41,086 bases of DNA from Octopus bimaculoides (taxonomy: Eukaryota). The position numbers and the translations under genes are program-made. Shown here one piece after another: positions 1 to 13,779 of the stretch. Position 1 is the stretch's first letter, and every line of letters begins with the position of its first letter. The DNA lies in contig NC_068991.1 in the NCBI RefSeq assembly GCF_001194135.2, positions 1,856,225 to 1,897,310 on the forward strand. The letters run 5' to 3'. The notes beneath the pieces are model-generated. The model searched no databases. It had not been told where the DNA came from and saw only the letters and a list, made by a program, of their open reading frames with translations.

Positions 1-33
<33 letters not shown>

Positions 34-504
34 CATGTATCTGTATGTGTATACATTTATATATTTTCATACATTTGTGTGTATATGCATATATATATAG
101 ATGCATGCATGCATAGTTGCATGTATATGCGCACATACGCGTATAATTCATATATATACATGTGTGTGTTTGTACGCGTTTGAAAAAATTTTTATGTGCG
201 TGTGTGTGTATGTGTGTGTGTGTGTGTTCATTCGTTCGTGTTAATATCTTGTGTGCATGTGTGTATATCCCTATGTCTATGTAATTCTTATAAAGCTATC
301 TTTTATCTGAAAGTATGAAACGATACAGAATCTATTTCCTCTTTACTAACCGCCTTAAACACATTTATCTCCCCTTTCCTCTCTATCTGCATTTTACTAT
401 TTCTTCTTTCCAATATATTTCATATATTTATTTCTTACATTTTCCAGGGTAATTATTATATTTAAATATTTTCCTCTTTTTATTTGAAAAATAAAAAACG
501 GCAT

Positions 505-743
505 TTATTATTATTATTAATATTATTATTATGATTATTATTATTATTATTATTATTACTACTACTACTACTACTATTACTACTGATATTGCATTTTATT
601 TGCTGTCCCATCAAGGTCAACTTCGACTTTCATCCTCCTATGGACAAGAAACTAAGGTAGAAGTGCATCTATGTTATCGACTGCAAAATTTCCCCTTCAA
701 AACTGTGTAGCTTACTTTGTGCCTATCTCAGAAAAAAAAATGC

Positions 744-800
<57 letters not shown>

Positions 801-828
801 CATCATCATTATTATTATTATCATTATT
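505..828. repeat. (ATT)n/(ACT)n microsatellite tracts (505-585, 744-828; also 1255-1380)
   Basis: Direct inspection. Confidence 0.95.
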
Positions 829-1240
829 AAGATAGTGAACTGGCAGAATGTTTAACGAGTCGGACAAAATGTTTAGCAGCATTTTGTTTGTCTTTACGTT
901 CTGAGTTCAAATTCTGTCAAGGTTGACTTTGTATTTCATCCTTTCAGGGTCGATAAAATGAGTACCAGTTCCCCCCAACCCCGCCAAAATTACTGGCCTT
1001 GTGCCAAAATTTGAAACCATTCTTATTAAAGGCGGCGATCGGACGGAACCGAGGGCAATTCGGACAAAGTCTTTAGTGGCGTTTTTCTGACCCTTTACCT
1101 TACGAGTCTAAATCCCGCCAAGGTCCACTTTGCCTTTCATCCTTTCGGGGTTGATAAAATAAAGTACCAGTCAAGTACTGGGGTCGATGAAGTGGCATGC
1201 ACCCTCTCCCTAAAATTGCTGGCCTTGTGCCAAAATTAAA
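829..1240 (+). mobile_element. SINE family A, two tandem copies (tRNA-derived head)
   Basis: GGCGGCGA.CTGGCAGAA...GTTCTGAGTTCAAATT head (A/B-box-like), core GACTTTGCCTTTCATCCTTTCGGGGTCGATAAAAT.AGTACCAG, tail GGCCTTGTGCCAAAATTTGAAA. The same family recurs more than 20 times in the window. The core resembles the Meta/MESC SINE domain (recall, unverified). Confidence 0.85.
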
Positions 1241-1792
1241 AAGCAAAACTTTATCATTATTATTATTATTATTTTTATTTTTATTATTATTATTACTACT
1301 ATTACTATTATTATTATTATGATTATTATTATTATTATGATTATTATTATTATTATGATTATTATTATTATTATTATTATCTTCGATGATATTCCTCTAC
1401 ATTTCAAACTGGCAAATCTATTTCAAATGATGTCATTTAAAGCGTAAAAACAAAAAAAAAAATACAATTTTTTCATATTTTGTTTGTGATCTTTATTTTT
1501 TTCCCCTGTTTTTATGAAATTATCTTTTTCTCGATCAAATTAAAATTTTTAATTAAAAACAAAAAATATAAAATAAATAAACAAATGAACATCAAAACTT
1601 CTTATTCAAAATATTTATTGGATTTCATGTTTTTCTCTTTTACTTTTTTTTCTGTTTTGAGATTTTCATTTTCTAAAAAGGCTTTTTGACGTCTTATTGT
1701 GTATTTGTATATGTAAAGAAACGTTCGCCACAGAGCGGCGCTTCTCTCAGTTTCTCGTGTTTTTGTGTATATGTGTATGAGATTATCTTTAT

Positions 1793-2027
1793 AGTTTACT
1801 TGTTTCAGTCATTAGACTGTGGCCATGCTGTAGCACCGTCTTGAAGAATTTTTTCTCGAACGAATTGATCCAAGTACATATTTTTCTAAGACAACTACTT
1901 ATTCAATAGGTCACTTTTGCCGAAATGCTAGCTTATGGGGATGTAAACACACCAACACCAGTTGTCAAGTGGTGGTGTGAGACAGACACACATACACATA
2001 CGCAGACACATACACTCACACACACAC

Positions 2028-2063
<36 letters not shown>

Positions 2064-2215
2064 GACGGGTTTCCGTCTATCAGATCTATTCATAAGGCTT
2101 TAGTCGACCCGAGGTTATAATAGAAGACACTTGCCCAAGGTGCCATGCAGTGGGACTGAACCCGGAACCATGTGGCTGGAAAGCAAGCTTCTTACCACAC
2201 AGCCACGCCGGTGCC
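1793..2215 (-). mobile_element. SINE family B, full-length copy
   Basis: Reverse complement begins GGCACCGGCGTGGCTGTGTGGTAAGAAGCTTGCTT...GGTTCAGTCCCACTGCATGGCACCTTGGGCAAG and ends ...CAGTCTAATGACTGAAACAAGTAAA. Confidence 0.85.
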
Positions 2216-2244
2216 TTTATTACATAATGTGCTTTTATTAACAG

Positions 2245-2279
2245 CTAAAGAAATATTGAAAGTCAATGAAATACGAGAG
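2245..2279 (+). CDS. Candidate internal exon of an unidentified plus-strand gene (AKEILKVNEIRE)
   Basis: Acceptor gcttttattaacag|, donor GAG|gtaaac, open frame with phase 0 exit. It is phase-compatible with the strong acceptor ttttattatcatttcag| at 2696 (IDPKSTATWIVIDLQYS-stop). No homology recognised. Confidence 0.3.
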
Positions 2280-3669
2280 GTAAACACAAAAAAAAAAAAA
2301 ATTAAATAACTTTTAAACATTATAAGAATGATCCAAGTGAAACCTTCATAAGAAAAGTTTCCGAACAAAATTTGCTTCTTTTTCATAAAATTATAATTAC
2401 TTTAAGAATATCGTTGTTATGGCAACGAAAGGTAGATTAACAGAAATAACAAAGAGGTTACTCAAATTTTAAAAGTGGAGAAAGTAAACAGACAGAGTAG
2501 GGAATCGTATGGAATGGAAGCTGTCGAGAGTGAACTGTAGTCTTTGAGCAAAAATCGGCGTTTACATAAATACTAAACTAATGAATGAAGGTTGCAGTTT
2601 ATGATCAATGATGTTGCTGTGAGTTAACAATAAACCAAGGTGTACAATAAAATATGTAAAAAATTGAAATTTTAAACATTTTATTATCATTTCAGATTGA
2701 TCCAAAATCTACCGCCACATGGATAGTGATTGATTTACAATATTCATAATCATTCGTTTTACAACAGCTCTGGTTTTTGACATGGCTGTAAGGTAAAAAG
2801 TTTGCTTCCAAACAACATGGTTCCGAGTTCAGTCTCACCTTGGTCAAAATAAATACAAAAGATATTAAATTTAACTACAGGGAAGTTTTATCTCAAGAGC
2901 AAGCAAAATAAAAATATAGCTTACATCAGATATAAGTTGAAGCCCACCAGTAATCCAGAGATGTTCTTTAGTCAGCAATACATATTAGAGAATATCAAAA
3001 CTGACCCTTGATAGGGATATATTCGAGTTGTACGCTACTATAATAATGCATTAATGAGAAGTGACGCCAAATGAAAAGGATATATGACGTGTACATAGTA
3101 CAACAATAAAAGACATTGTAATAACATCGTAGCATCTGACTTAAATATTAATTTCCCCGTATGGCATAGATATTCAGTCCCATCAATAGGAACAATGTTA
3201 AGACCAGCTATAGCTGTTCTCAAATATCAAACCACCAATAAGTCTACAGAAATAGAAACACTTTACCTTAGCTGCTAGAATTTAAATACACTAGCATGAC
3301 ATCCAGCTAGATGGATGGCAAAAGCATTGCAAATGTGCATGCGTATAGAGTAAAGATAAACCCTGAATATGGAAGCTAAAAGAACTGCATTAGTCTCAGG
3401 GGAAACACATTTAAAACCAGACAAACACAACACATCCATTCCTTTAGATTTTGAATTAGCTGCACTTCCCTAAGTCAATACGTCTGCAAACTAAAGGATA
3501 ATGAAATTAAAGGCATCCTATTCAACTGAAGAACCGAACAATCTTGATTCAAAGCTGAAGAATTTTTAATAAGGGAGCCAAAATTTTGTCTCAAGACATA
3601 CAAACGAATTTCTTCTGAAAACTTTTCGACTACAGATGTAGTAATCTGCCTTCCTTAAAGGTACTGTAC

Positions 3670-3900
3670 TTAAATCTTTAGCATTCAAACAGGCCATATC
3701 CGGCTAAAATATTCTACATATTTTTGTTCAAATTGGCCGTATCTGGCCTCTTACACCAACCAACCCTACAATATTATTCTAAAAATTAAGAGTTACCTCA
3801 TCAGAATCTCAAAACTACAAGTTAATGCATGATTAATTCAAAACAACGTGAATAAATAAGCATTCCCTTAGACAGAATAACGTGAATGGTAAAGGGTTAA
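3670..3900. mobile_element. piggyBac-type MITE (about 230 bp)
   Basis: Left end TTAAATCTTTAGCATTCA versus reverse complement of the right end TTAACCCTTTACCATTCA (15/18 match), with TTAA at both termini. Confidence 0.75.
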
Positions 3901-4195
3901 TACTTGACCCGGCTCTCTCGTGGTGGTGGTGGTGGGAGGAAAGGTTTTCAGGAGGGTTTTACGCACTTGAAAGGTTGTGGATACGCAGGGTTGCAGGTAG
4001 TAACACGCTACCCAAATAAATTCTACCACAAATAATAATACAACCGTCACTACTACTACAGCAACTATCATTGCTACTGCACCCTAACCCCTAATACTAC
4101 GCTACCTGCTACCATTACCTTTATTGTTACATGCACCAGTACTATTACTACAACAATGCCTCTACTACTACAACTACCGTAGCAATCACCAGGGC

Positions 4196-4202
<7 letters not shown>

Positions 4203-4235
<33 letters not shown>

Positions 4236-4260
4236 CAACAACAACAACAACAACAACAGC
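4203..4260. repeat. (AAT)n(AAC)n microsatellite
   Basis: Direct inspection. Confidence 0.95.
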
Positions 4261-4555
4261 ATAAGAGAACAAAGAATTTATTAAAAAACATATCGATAAG
4301 AACATTTATCAAACGAAAAACAACCATATCAACAAAAGCGAGATGTTGCTGCTGCTGCTCTGTAAAGTTTAATTAGCTGGGTTGATGATTATATTGAGAA
4401 TAGAATATACAAAACTAATAGAAAAAAAGAAGGAAATTATTGATCAGGAACTGTTTTTGAAATTGGACGAAAATATATCATATTTATTCTCCTAGTGGCG
4501 GGGCCGGTTTCAGATATATGTATGTGTGTGTGTATGCATATATATGTATATATAC

Positions 4556-4642
<87 letters not shown>

Positions 4643-4692
4643 AATGCATTTGTGTTATTGAATTTTGTGAATAATAGCCTCGTTGCCTGCAG

Positions 4693-4786
4693 ATTTCCAA
4701 GGACCCAATCACTGGTTCATTGTGTTTCCGATTGCGAGACTGACAACAGACTGTCTGCGCAATTCGGGCGGAATAAATACAACAAG
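4693..4786 (+). CDS. Candidate exon of an unidentified plus-strand gene
   Basis: Acceptor cctcgttgcctgcag|, donor AAG|gtattt. It is a 94-nt island of unique, higher-GC sequence between microsatellites, open in two frames (DFQGPNHWFIVFPIARLTTDCLRNSGGINTT or FPRTQSLVHCVSDCETDNRLSAQFGRNKYNK). No homology recognised. Confidence 0.3.
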
Positions 4787-5014
4787 GTATTTTTATTCGA
4801 GCGCACTAGTTTAATGCTTTTACAGATGGTATACACACACACATACACATACATACATAAAGAGAGAGAGAGAGAGGTGTATATATAATATATATATATA
4901 AATATATTCATAATATGCAGATACATATATATATACATATATATACGCACATATATACATACATGCGCACACGCAAACACGCATACAGGTTATATATATA
5001 TATTCTTTTATTCT

Positions 5015-5299
5015 TTTATGTTTCAGTCATTTTGACTGCGGCAACGCTGGAGCACAGCGTTTAGTCGAGCAAATCGACCCCAGAACATATTCTTCGGAAG
5101 CCTAGTACTTATTCTGTCGGTCTCATATGCTGAACCGCTAGGTTACGGGGACGTAAACACACCAACATCGGTTGTCAAGCGATGTTGGGGGGGGGGACAA
5201 ACACAGACACACAAACACACATATATATATATACATACATACATATATACGACGGGCTTCTTTCAGTTTCCGTCTACCAAATCCATTCACAAGGCTTTG
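5015..5299 (-). mobile_element. SINE family B, 3' portion
   Basis: TTTCAGTCATTTTGACTGCGG...GGTTACGGGGACGTAAACAC...GACGGGCTTCTTTCAGTTTCCGTCTACC. Confidence 0.85.
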
Positions 5300-5895
5300 G
5301 ACGGACGGACGGCCCGTGAAGAGTCCTCACTAAAAACGAACCATCACCAAACAATGCTATATGGACATTGCCCCGCTACCCGATCAATGATGAAAATATA
5401 TAAAATCACATATATTAAATGCAATGAATTCTACAACAGCAGCACCATCAGACAAGTATGCATAAGGGTTAAAGAATATCTCTATGCAAATGCTTCCTCC
5501 ATCGAACAACGGCAATGGAAATGCCACACTCAAGTCACCCCACAGAACGAAACATTGGGAACCTAAGAATAAAAGAAGCCATCATTCTTAGCAAGATCAA
5601 AGCACAGATTAACAACAGAACTGAGCTGAACGCAGCTGATTGGTTATTGTAGCAATGTTATCTGCACATGTAGAGCAACTCTCCATACATACACGCTACA
5701 GAACAGAAATGCTAGTTCACATTACGAGATTTCCGATGATTTTTTGAAGAAGGTGTTTTAACCCCGAAATATCAAAGTACAATATTAAAAAAGTACGAAT
5801 TATCGACTCGTATTATTTCTTAACTCGCATTGTTTTGGCTTTTAAAAGATTTTAAGCGGATGTGTGTATGTGTGTGTGTGTGTGTGTTTGTGTAA

Positions 5896-6385
<490 letters not shown>

Positions 6386-6469
6386 ATTGTTTGATAACGT
6401 CAAACTTAACTCAACAACAGTGACATGAAATGTTTTTTAAGTATCCTAAAATTGCGATGTTAAAGAAGT

Positions 6470-6940
6470 GTTGTAGTAGTTTCCTAGATGTGTTATAAAT
6501 GTGTCATAGATCTATCATAGAACTTTCCTAGAAAACTAATAGAATTGCTATGGAATTTCAGTTTAAAATGTCACAGATGTGTCGTAGAAGTAACAAAAGA
6601 GTCATAGAACTATTGATGTGACGCAGAACTGTCACTGGGTTGTCGCAGTTATATCATAAACCTGTCGTAAAACTCACACACAAGTGTCATAGATCTGTCA
6701 AGGAAGTTGCTGTCGCAGAACTGTCATAGAGGTGTTATGGAATCTTAAAGATATTTTACAGAAATGTAGAAGGAATGTCATAAAAGTGCCATAGAAATCT
6801 CGTAGAAAGTACCCAGTATTGTCTTAGAACTATTATTATAAACTGCATACAGCTGTCATAGAACTGTCATAGTGATATCAAAGAGCTATCATAAAACTGT
6901 CATAGAACTGTCATAAAACTGTCATAGAGTTGTCGCTGGA
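6470..6940. repeat. Degenerate 11-bp minisatellite (CTGTCATAGAA)n
   Basis: Best preserved at about 6850-6930 (ctgtcatagaa ctgtcatagtg ... ctgtcatagaa ctgtcataaaa ctgtcatagag), with decayed units back to about 6470. Confidence 0.8.
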
Positions 6941-7189
6941 TGTGTAGCAGAGCAAGCATAATAATATCGAAAGAAATAGCTTCACTATGACATTTCAGCG
7001 TTCTTATACGGCTTCCTCGAGAGTACCTGATACGCGAGCAATTAGCCTCTAACGATAAACATGGTAGCACAAAATTAATTCTTGATTAGCTTCTAATTAT
7101 TGCTTAATTAATGTCAAATATCTAATAAGAACTATCGAATAGATGCCTTCATATTACTTACTTACGCTTTACTCAGTCAATTATTATTA

Positions 7190-7375
7190 TTTGGCAGAAT
7201 GGTTAGCACGCCAGACCAGCGGCACTTCTACTGGCCTTAGGTTCTGAGTTCAAATTCCGCCGAGGCAGTCTTATGTCTTTCATTTTCCGAGTACCAATCA
7301 TGCACTGAAGCCGGTGTATTCGACTCTCCACTCCCCAAAATTTTAGATCTTGTGATTATATTAGAAAGGATTATT
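7190..7375 (+). mobile_element. SINE family A copy (diverged)
   Basis: TGGCAGAATGGTTAGCACGCC...GTTCTGAGTTCAAATTCCGCCGAGG. Confidence 0.75.
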
Positions 7376-8324
7376 ATCATTATTACTATCAATTAGGGAA
7401 TAGTAACCAAATCTCCCTCAAATCTCATATCTGTGTTTTAAAAGGGGAAGGACACATTACATAATATAGTCCTAGATGTACTTAACCTACATAAAAGATG
7501 GAATGGTCACACATGGAACGTAGTTCATAATAGATTTGCTAGATCAACGTTGATGACAAAATACGTAATAGACCTGCTTAAAATAACGGCCAAATACGCA
7601 TCAACCTATTCCCTATTGTCTTAGAAACATTGTATAATGTAGTCCCAGATACACTGAGTCTCAAAAGATGGCAACAGTTGAAACGTCTTTAGACCACAGC
7701 GAATAAACAGGACTTCCACCACAAAGAGTTCCCACATGCTTAACGATACGCTATGGTTACTGTGTTAAATGAAGTTAACGTTTGTTGCAATTCGTACGGT
7801 TTTTATTACGGATCAACATATCTGAACTTTATCTTTTTAAAGTTTATTTTATGGAAATTTAATCATTGCAAGAGTTTGTATTTTATCTTTTTTTTACTAT
7901 ATTTTTTTTAACCTTTGTTCTTGTCTGCTGCGATATAAAGAAATGTAATGAACAACACTGCAGATGAGAGGTTTCAATCATTTTAATTAAGCCAGATCTA
8001 ATTTTAGCAGTCAATTAACTGAAATCTTACATTCATATCAAAATGCATACATGTATTACGTGTGTATGTGTATATGTATATATACATAAATATATATACA
8101 AACATATATACACACAAATACATACATATAAATACACATGTACATATATATATTACATATATANNNNNNNNNNNNNNNNNNNNNNNNNNNNNNNNNNNNN
8201 NNNNNNNNNNNNNNNNNNNNNNNNNNNNNNNNNNNNNNNNNNNNNNNNNNNNNNNNNNNNNNNNNNNNNNNNNNNNNNNNNNNNNNNNNNNNNNNNNNNN
8301 NNNNNNNNNNNNNNNNNNNNNNAA

Positions 8325-8414
<90 letters not shown>

Positions 8415-9044
8415 CATATACACATACATATATATATGTATGTCTGTGTGTGTGTGTGTGTGTACATTTGTATAGCGTCTCCTTTTTTTTTCTAGTCTGT
8501 GGTAATACAAAGAAAATACTACATGTCGGCTGGTAGGCTGGTAGGTGCCACCCCGCCATTTGTCTTAAGTAAATGATATTCAATCTTCAAGAAAAAGAAA
8601 ATATTAATTATAAAAACGACATACTTCCAGTTTCTTTTTTCTTATTTTTTTTCTTTCTTTCTTTCTATTTTTTAAACTTGTTTTATTAATATCTTATATT
8701 CGTTTCGTTTTTGTTTCTTTTTGCTGTTTGTTTTTTATAGCCTTTGGCAAATATAATGAAGTGGAAAACAAAACGAGGAGACAAAGCTGCGAATGAGAGG
8801 CTTCGCTCGTTTCCAATTAATAATATCGAATCTAAAGGTTGTCTCCATACAAATCTGGCATACATCTTAGTCAGTCACTTTTGTATAATGCTTTATTGCG
8901 CGCACACACACACACACACATACATACATACACACACACATTCGTACATGCATTCATACACACCCATACACACACAGATGCACATTCGCGCATACGTTCA
9001 TACACATACATACGCACACACACATACATATGTATGTATGCACC

Positions 9045-9370
9045 GGCGCAGGATTAGCTGTGTGTTAAGAAGCTTGCTTCCCAACCACATGGTTCCGGGT
9101 TCAGTCCCACTGCGTGGCACCTTGGGCAAGTATCTTCTACTACAGCCTCGGACCGGCCAAAGCCTTGTGAGTGGATTTGGTAGACGGAAACTGAAAGAAG
9201 CCCGTCGTGTATGTATGTGTGTGTCTGTCTGTCCTCCGCCACCGCTTGACAACCTATGTTGATGTTTACGTCCCCGTAAACCTAGTGGTTCGGTCAGAAA
9301 GACCGATAGAAAAAAAGGCTTCAAACAAAAGTACTGGGGTCTCTTCTTTCCATTAAAAACTTTCTCAAGA
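9045..9370 (+). mobile_element. SINE family B (tRNA head, CORE-like GGCACCTTGGGCAAG, internal microsatellite)
   Basis: A-box-like TAGCTGTGTG and B-box-like GGTTCAGTCCC, then GGCACCTTGGGCAAG...GGTAGACGGAAACTGAAAGAAGCCCGTCG(TG)n...CTTGACAACC...TTTACGTCCCCGTAA. It resembles recalled octopus OR-type CORE-SINEs. Confidence 0.85.
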
Positions 9371-11019
9371 NNNNNNNNNNNNNNNNNNNNNNNNNNNNNN
9401 NNNNNNNNNNNNNNNNNNNNNNNNNNNNNNNNNNNNNNNNNNNNNNNNNNNNNNNNNNNNNNNNNNNNNNNNNNNNNNNNNNNNNNNNNNNNNNNNNNNN
9501 NNNNNNNNNNNNNNNNNNNNNNNNNNNNNNNNNNNNNNNNNNNNNNNNNNNNNNNNNNNNNNNNNNNNNNNNNNNNNNNNNNNNNNNNNNNNNNNNNNNN
9601 NNNNNNNNNNNNNNNNNNNNNNNNNNNNNNNNNNNNNNNNNNNNNNNNNNNNNNNNNNNNNNNNNNNNNNNNNNNNNNNNNNNNNNNNNNNNNNNNNNNN
9701 NNNNNNNNNNNNNNNNNNNNNNNNNNNNNNNNNNNNNNNNNNNNNNNNNNNNNNNNNNNNNNNNNNNNNNNNNNNNNNNNNNNNNNNNNNNNNNNNNNNN
9801 NNNNNNNNNNNNNNNNNNNNNNNNNNNNNNNNNNNNNNNNNNNNNNNNNNNNNNNNNNNNNNNNNNNNNNNNNNNNNNNNNNNNNNNNNNNNNATATATA
9901 TTATATGCATATACAAGCGTCGACATATGTGAGTATGCGTGTGTGTGTACGGGCGTATCTATGTATGCATATATATATATATATATATATATGTCCGTAT
10001 GTATGTGTGTGTATATATATTATATATGTGTGTGTGTATATATATATATATGTATATATATATACACACACACTTACGTACACAAATACAACGCATACGT
10101 AATTACACACACGCGCATATGCACACATGCACACGTATAAATATGGCGAACCAATTGTTTTGTCTCAGCAGTGACATCATCACATGATGAATGTGGAGGG
10201 TGGTGGCGATGGTGCAGGAGTAGAGACCCCTAATGCGCCGTCCTTAATTGCTCAACTCAGTAAACGCTCCAACAACATCGCTGTTCACCTTCTCTATGCT
10301 GAATTCAAATTCGACTCTGGTATGTCAAAGAACTACCAGTTATGTAATACGTTCAAGTCCATTGGCTGAGCATATACATGCACTGTGTGTGTGTGTTCTC
10401 TTCTGGTTTTAGTTATTTAAATCCTTTCTCTGAAGAAGGAGCTGGTCTCTAACAAAGATACAAAGCTCCATCTTTGGAATGTTGATAACGAAAACAACGT
10501 CACATTTTAGACTTGAGAAAAGTCTTGTATATTTTTACTGTTCCCTTTACGGATTGTGTTTGTAATGTGCAAATCAGTTGGTTGATTTCTTTTTCTGCAA
10601 ATCCAAGCTTATCCAGATTATCGCTTAGGCATTTACTCACAAAACCGAACCCTCCAATTACTATTGGTAGATATGTGAATTTGTAATCCGGATAGAGAAG
10701 CTGGAGGTTTCTAAGCAGTTGTCATCTTTCGCTTTGATTTTCAAAGGGATATTCATTCACATCAGTAAGACAGCTAACCTCTATGACGGTATTTAGTTTT
10801 TCCTGTCTGTCTGGATGGATGGATGGATGGGTGGACGGATGGACAGACGGACGGACTGATTGATTGGTTGATTGATTGATTTACTTTCTTTTAATGTTTG
10901 GAAGTCTACCTACAAGGAAACAAAAGCATCATCGCTGGAATTTGTATGACTACTATAATTGTTACATACTTAACTTGAGCAGAGTCTTGCATATTTGTAT
11001 TGTTCCACAACAAAGCTGG

Positions 11020-11355
11020 CCTCAGCGGAATTTGAACTCAGAACATGAAGACGGAAGAAATACCGCTAAGCATTCCGTCCGGCCTGCTAACGACTCTGCC
11101 AGTTCGCCCCGCCTTAGAATTAACAACAAAAACAACAACAACAATAGCAGTAATCCTTTCTACTAAAGGCACAAGGCCAGCAATTTGGCGGGAGAGGGAA
11201 AGTCTATTAGATCGACCCCAGTACTCAACTGGTACTTATTTTATCGACCCCGAAAAGATAAAAGGCAAAGTCGACTTCGGCGGAATTCGAACTCAGAACA
11301 TAAAGACAGACGAAACGCCGCTAAGCGTAGCCCCGCATCTTACTAACAATGGCGA
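11020..11355 (-). mobile_element. SINE family A, one partial and one near-full copy
   Basis: Reverse-complement family A motifs CGGAATTTGAACTCAGAAC, ACTGGTACTTATTTTATCGACCCCGAAA and AAAGGCAAAGTCGAC. Confidence 0.85.
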
Positions 11356-11651
11356 ATAAAGTCAATGGACCTAATTTCTTACAGAAATATGATTTGGCAC
11401 CACAGATCCTTCCTCTACGTTATTCTTCTCATTTTATCCTTATATGTCTTGTATTTTCATTTCTATTTACTTTCATTTCTTAACATTTCTCTAATATCAT
11501 TGCACATAACTTCATTATTTATCATTTATGGCCAACTTGCAAGCTGGGGGTAACTTGCTAAATGGATTTAGCTAAATTGGGCTTAATGACATGTGTGTGA
11601 ACATATGCATTCATGTATATAGGTATGCGTGTGTATGTATACAAATCTATG

Positions 11652-11689
<38 letters not shown>

Positions 11690-11703
11690 TATANNNNNNN
11701 NNN

Positions 11704-11740
<37 letters not shown>

Positions 11741-12390
11741 TATACATGTATTATATATATGTATGCGTGCGTAATATATCTATATATCATATATTTATAT
11801 ATATATTATATACATATGTAATATATATGCACACACAAATATATATGTATACTTATACACACGCATACATATACATCACTCTATTACCGGTTTCAACTTG
11901 AGGTTGTGACCATGCTGGGGAACCGCCGGTTGGACTAATGATTGTATGTATGCATGCGTGTATGTATGAATGAATGTTATCTCCCAAATATTATTTCCTG
12001 TAACGAGTAAATCCAATACATTTAGTTTCGTACACAACGTTGATTGACACGAAATGTTTTCTTATTTCATTTATAGTTCAGCATGATAGCTTTTAAATAG
12101 GCTCCCTTAATATTTATTACCTGTAACCTGCTTAATAGTAAGAAGTGACATTCTAAACAGATTTATGTAAATTAAAGGATAAAGATATACATAACCGTAG
12201 ATAAGGACATCCAGGGTTCAAAACGATTGTAAAGTTTTTTTTAATTTAAAAATATGAAACTCTACACTCGCCTTTCTGTATTGGTGCTACAAAGTGATTC
12301 ACTCTCGATTAAACCAATTTTAACACAGTAAATACGATAGAAATATATTTGTGAGAGAGAGAGGGGGGGAAGGAGGGAGACAGACAGAAG

Positions 12391-12398
12391 AAGAGAGC

Positions 12399-12456
<58 letters not shown>
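12391..12456. repeat. (GT)n microsatellite
   Basis: Direct inspection. Confidence 0.95.
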
Positions 12457-12462
<6 letters not shown>

Positions 12463-12974
12463 TATATAAGGCTACTTGAGATTACGCGAGTTTTTACAGA
12501 GCTTCAAATGCTGTTTTAGTTATTAAGTACACACGTAAGAATCGGTAACTCGTGTTGGAACATCTTTAATTGTTATTCTCTTGGCAGTGGAGTTGCATTT
12601 TCTTTTTCTAAGAGTCGGTGGAAATTGGTAATATGTCCATAGAGTTTGCGTTCGACAAAGTTTAATTACACTATGCGAATACATTCACGCGTGCTCTTCT
12701 ATGGCTGTCCACATGCGTCACAAGTCAGCATAGATCCTTCTATGAGGTTTACAAAGGATTTAAACGCATGAAGCACTCATTCTCAATGTTGGAATGTAGT
12801 TAACGAAAACAATGTCACATTTTTAACTTGTGCAAGTTGTGTGTGTGCGTGTGTGTATGTGTGTGTGCCTACACCCTTCAAGATGTCTTTTATCCACGTA
12901 AAATCAGAAAATATATTTAGATCAAATTCCACAATGATAAAATCATTTCACCAATACATTATATAAGATCTATG

Positions 12975-13360
12975 ATGATAATGATGATGATGACGATGAT
13001 GATGACGACGATGATGATGGTGGTGATGATGATGATGGTGGTGGGGTGGATTGTAATCACAGTTCGTGAAGGATATTTAACTATTATATCTACATAGACG
13101 TTAGTTTCTTATCGTTGTTGGTGCTGACAATGATGAAGGCGATGATGATGATGCATATAATGATCACAATTTTGAAAATAGTGATGATGGTGATGACGAT
13201 TGCGACAATGACTCCACCCGTGACCAATTCATGAAAATATGCTAATCAGAACGATTATGAAAATGATGATAGAGAGGATGAAAGGAGGGTGTGGTGCCAA
13301 AGATTTGGAGTCTTCAACGATGATGATGATGGCGGTGATGGTGATGGTGATGGTGATGCT
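12975..13360. repeat. Degenerate (GAT)/(GGT) low-complexity region
   Basis: Direct inspection; interrupted gatgatgac and ggtgat runs. Confidence 0.85.
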
Positions 13361-13779
13361 AACGTTAGCAATGAGTTGTCATCTTATTTAACAAAACGTC
13401 AACTTATCAGTAAACATAATCAGTAAACATAATCAGTTGAAAACGGCCGTTTATGGGATCAAATGGCAGCGAGTCCCCTCTCTCTGTTCTTTTTAAAACA
13501 ACTTCACAAACATGAAAGGCTTCAATACATTCATCCTCAGCGTTTCGTCTTAACGTCCACTTTTCCTTGCTTGCATGGGTCGGGTGGCATTTGTTAAGGC
13601 AGACTTCCTACAACTGGATGCCCTTCCTGTCGCCAGCCCATATGTTTCCATATATGGTAATATTTCTCCATGGCTGGGCATATTTTCACTGCAGATGGGG
13701 AACGAACGACACCACATGTATGAGAGTGACACTCGTTTACAACATTATGCACTACTGAAACAAAGACTCACATACACAC

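Noticed and set aside
9045-9120. tRNA-like A/B boxes in SINE heads
   Set aside because: These are tRNA-derived SINE promoters continuing into repeat bodies, with no complete cloverleaf.
8004-9926. Long ORFs rich in YI/HT/CV/X repeats (also 5820-6229, 36337-37227, 38018-39123 and others)
   Set aside because: Artefacts of microsatellites and N-gaps.
10169-10319. Exon-like segment with acceptor gtctcag and donor CTG|gtatgt (ORF MMNVEGGGDG...)
   Set aside because: The 3' half resembles a decayed family A SINE (CTGAATTCAAATTC...TACCAGTT) and the peptide shows no homology.
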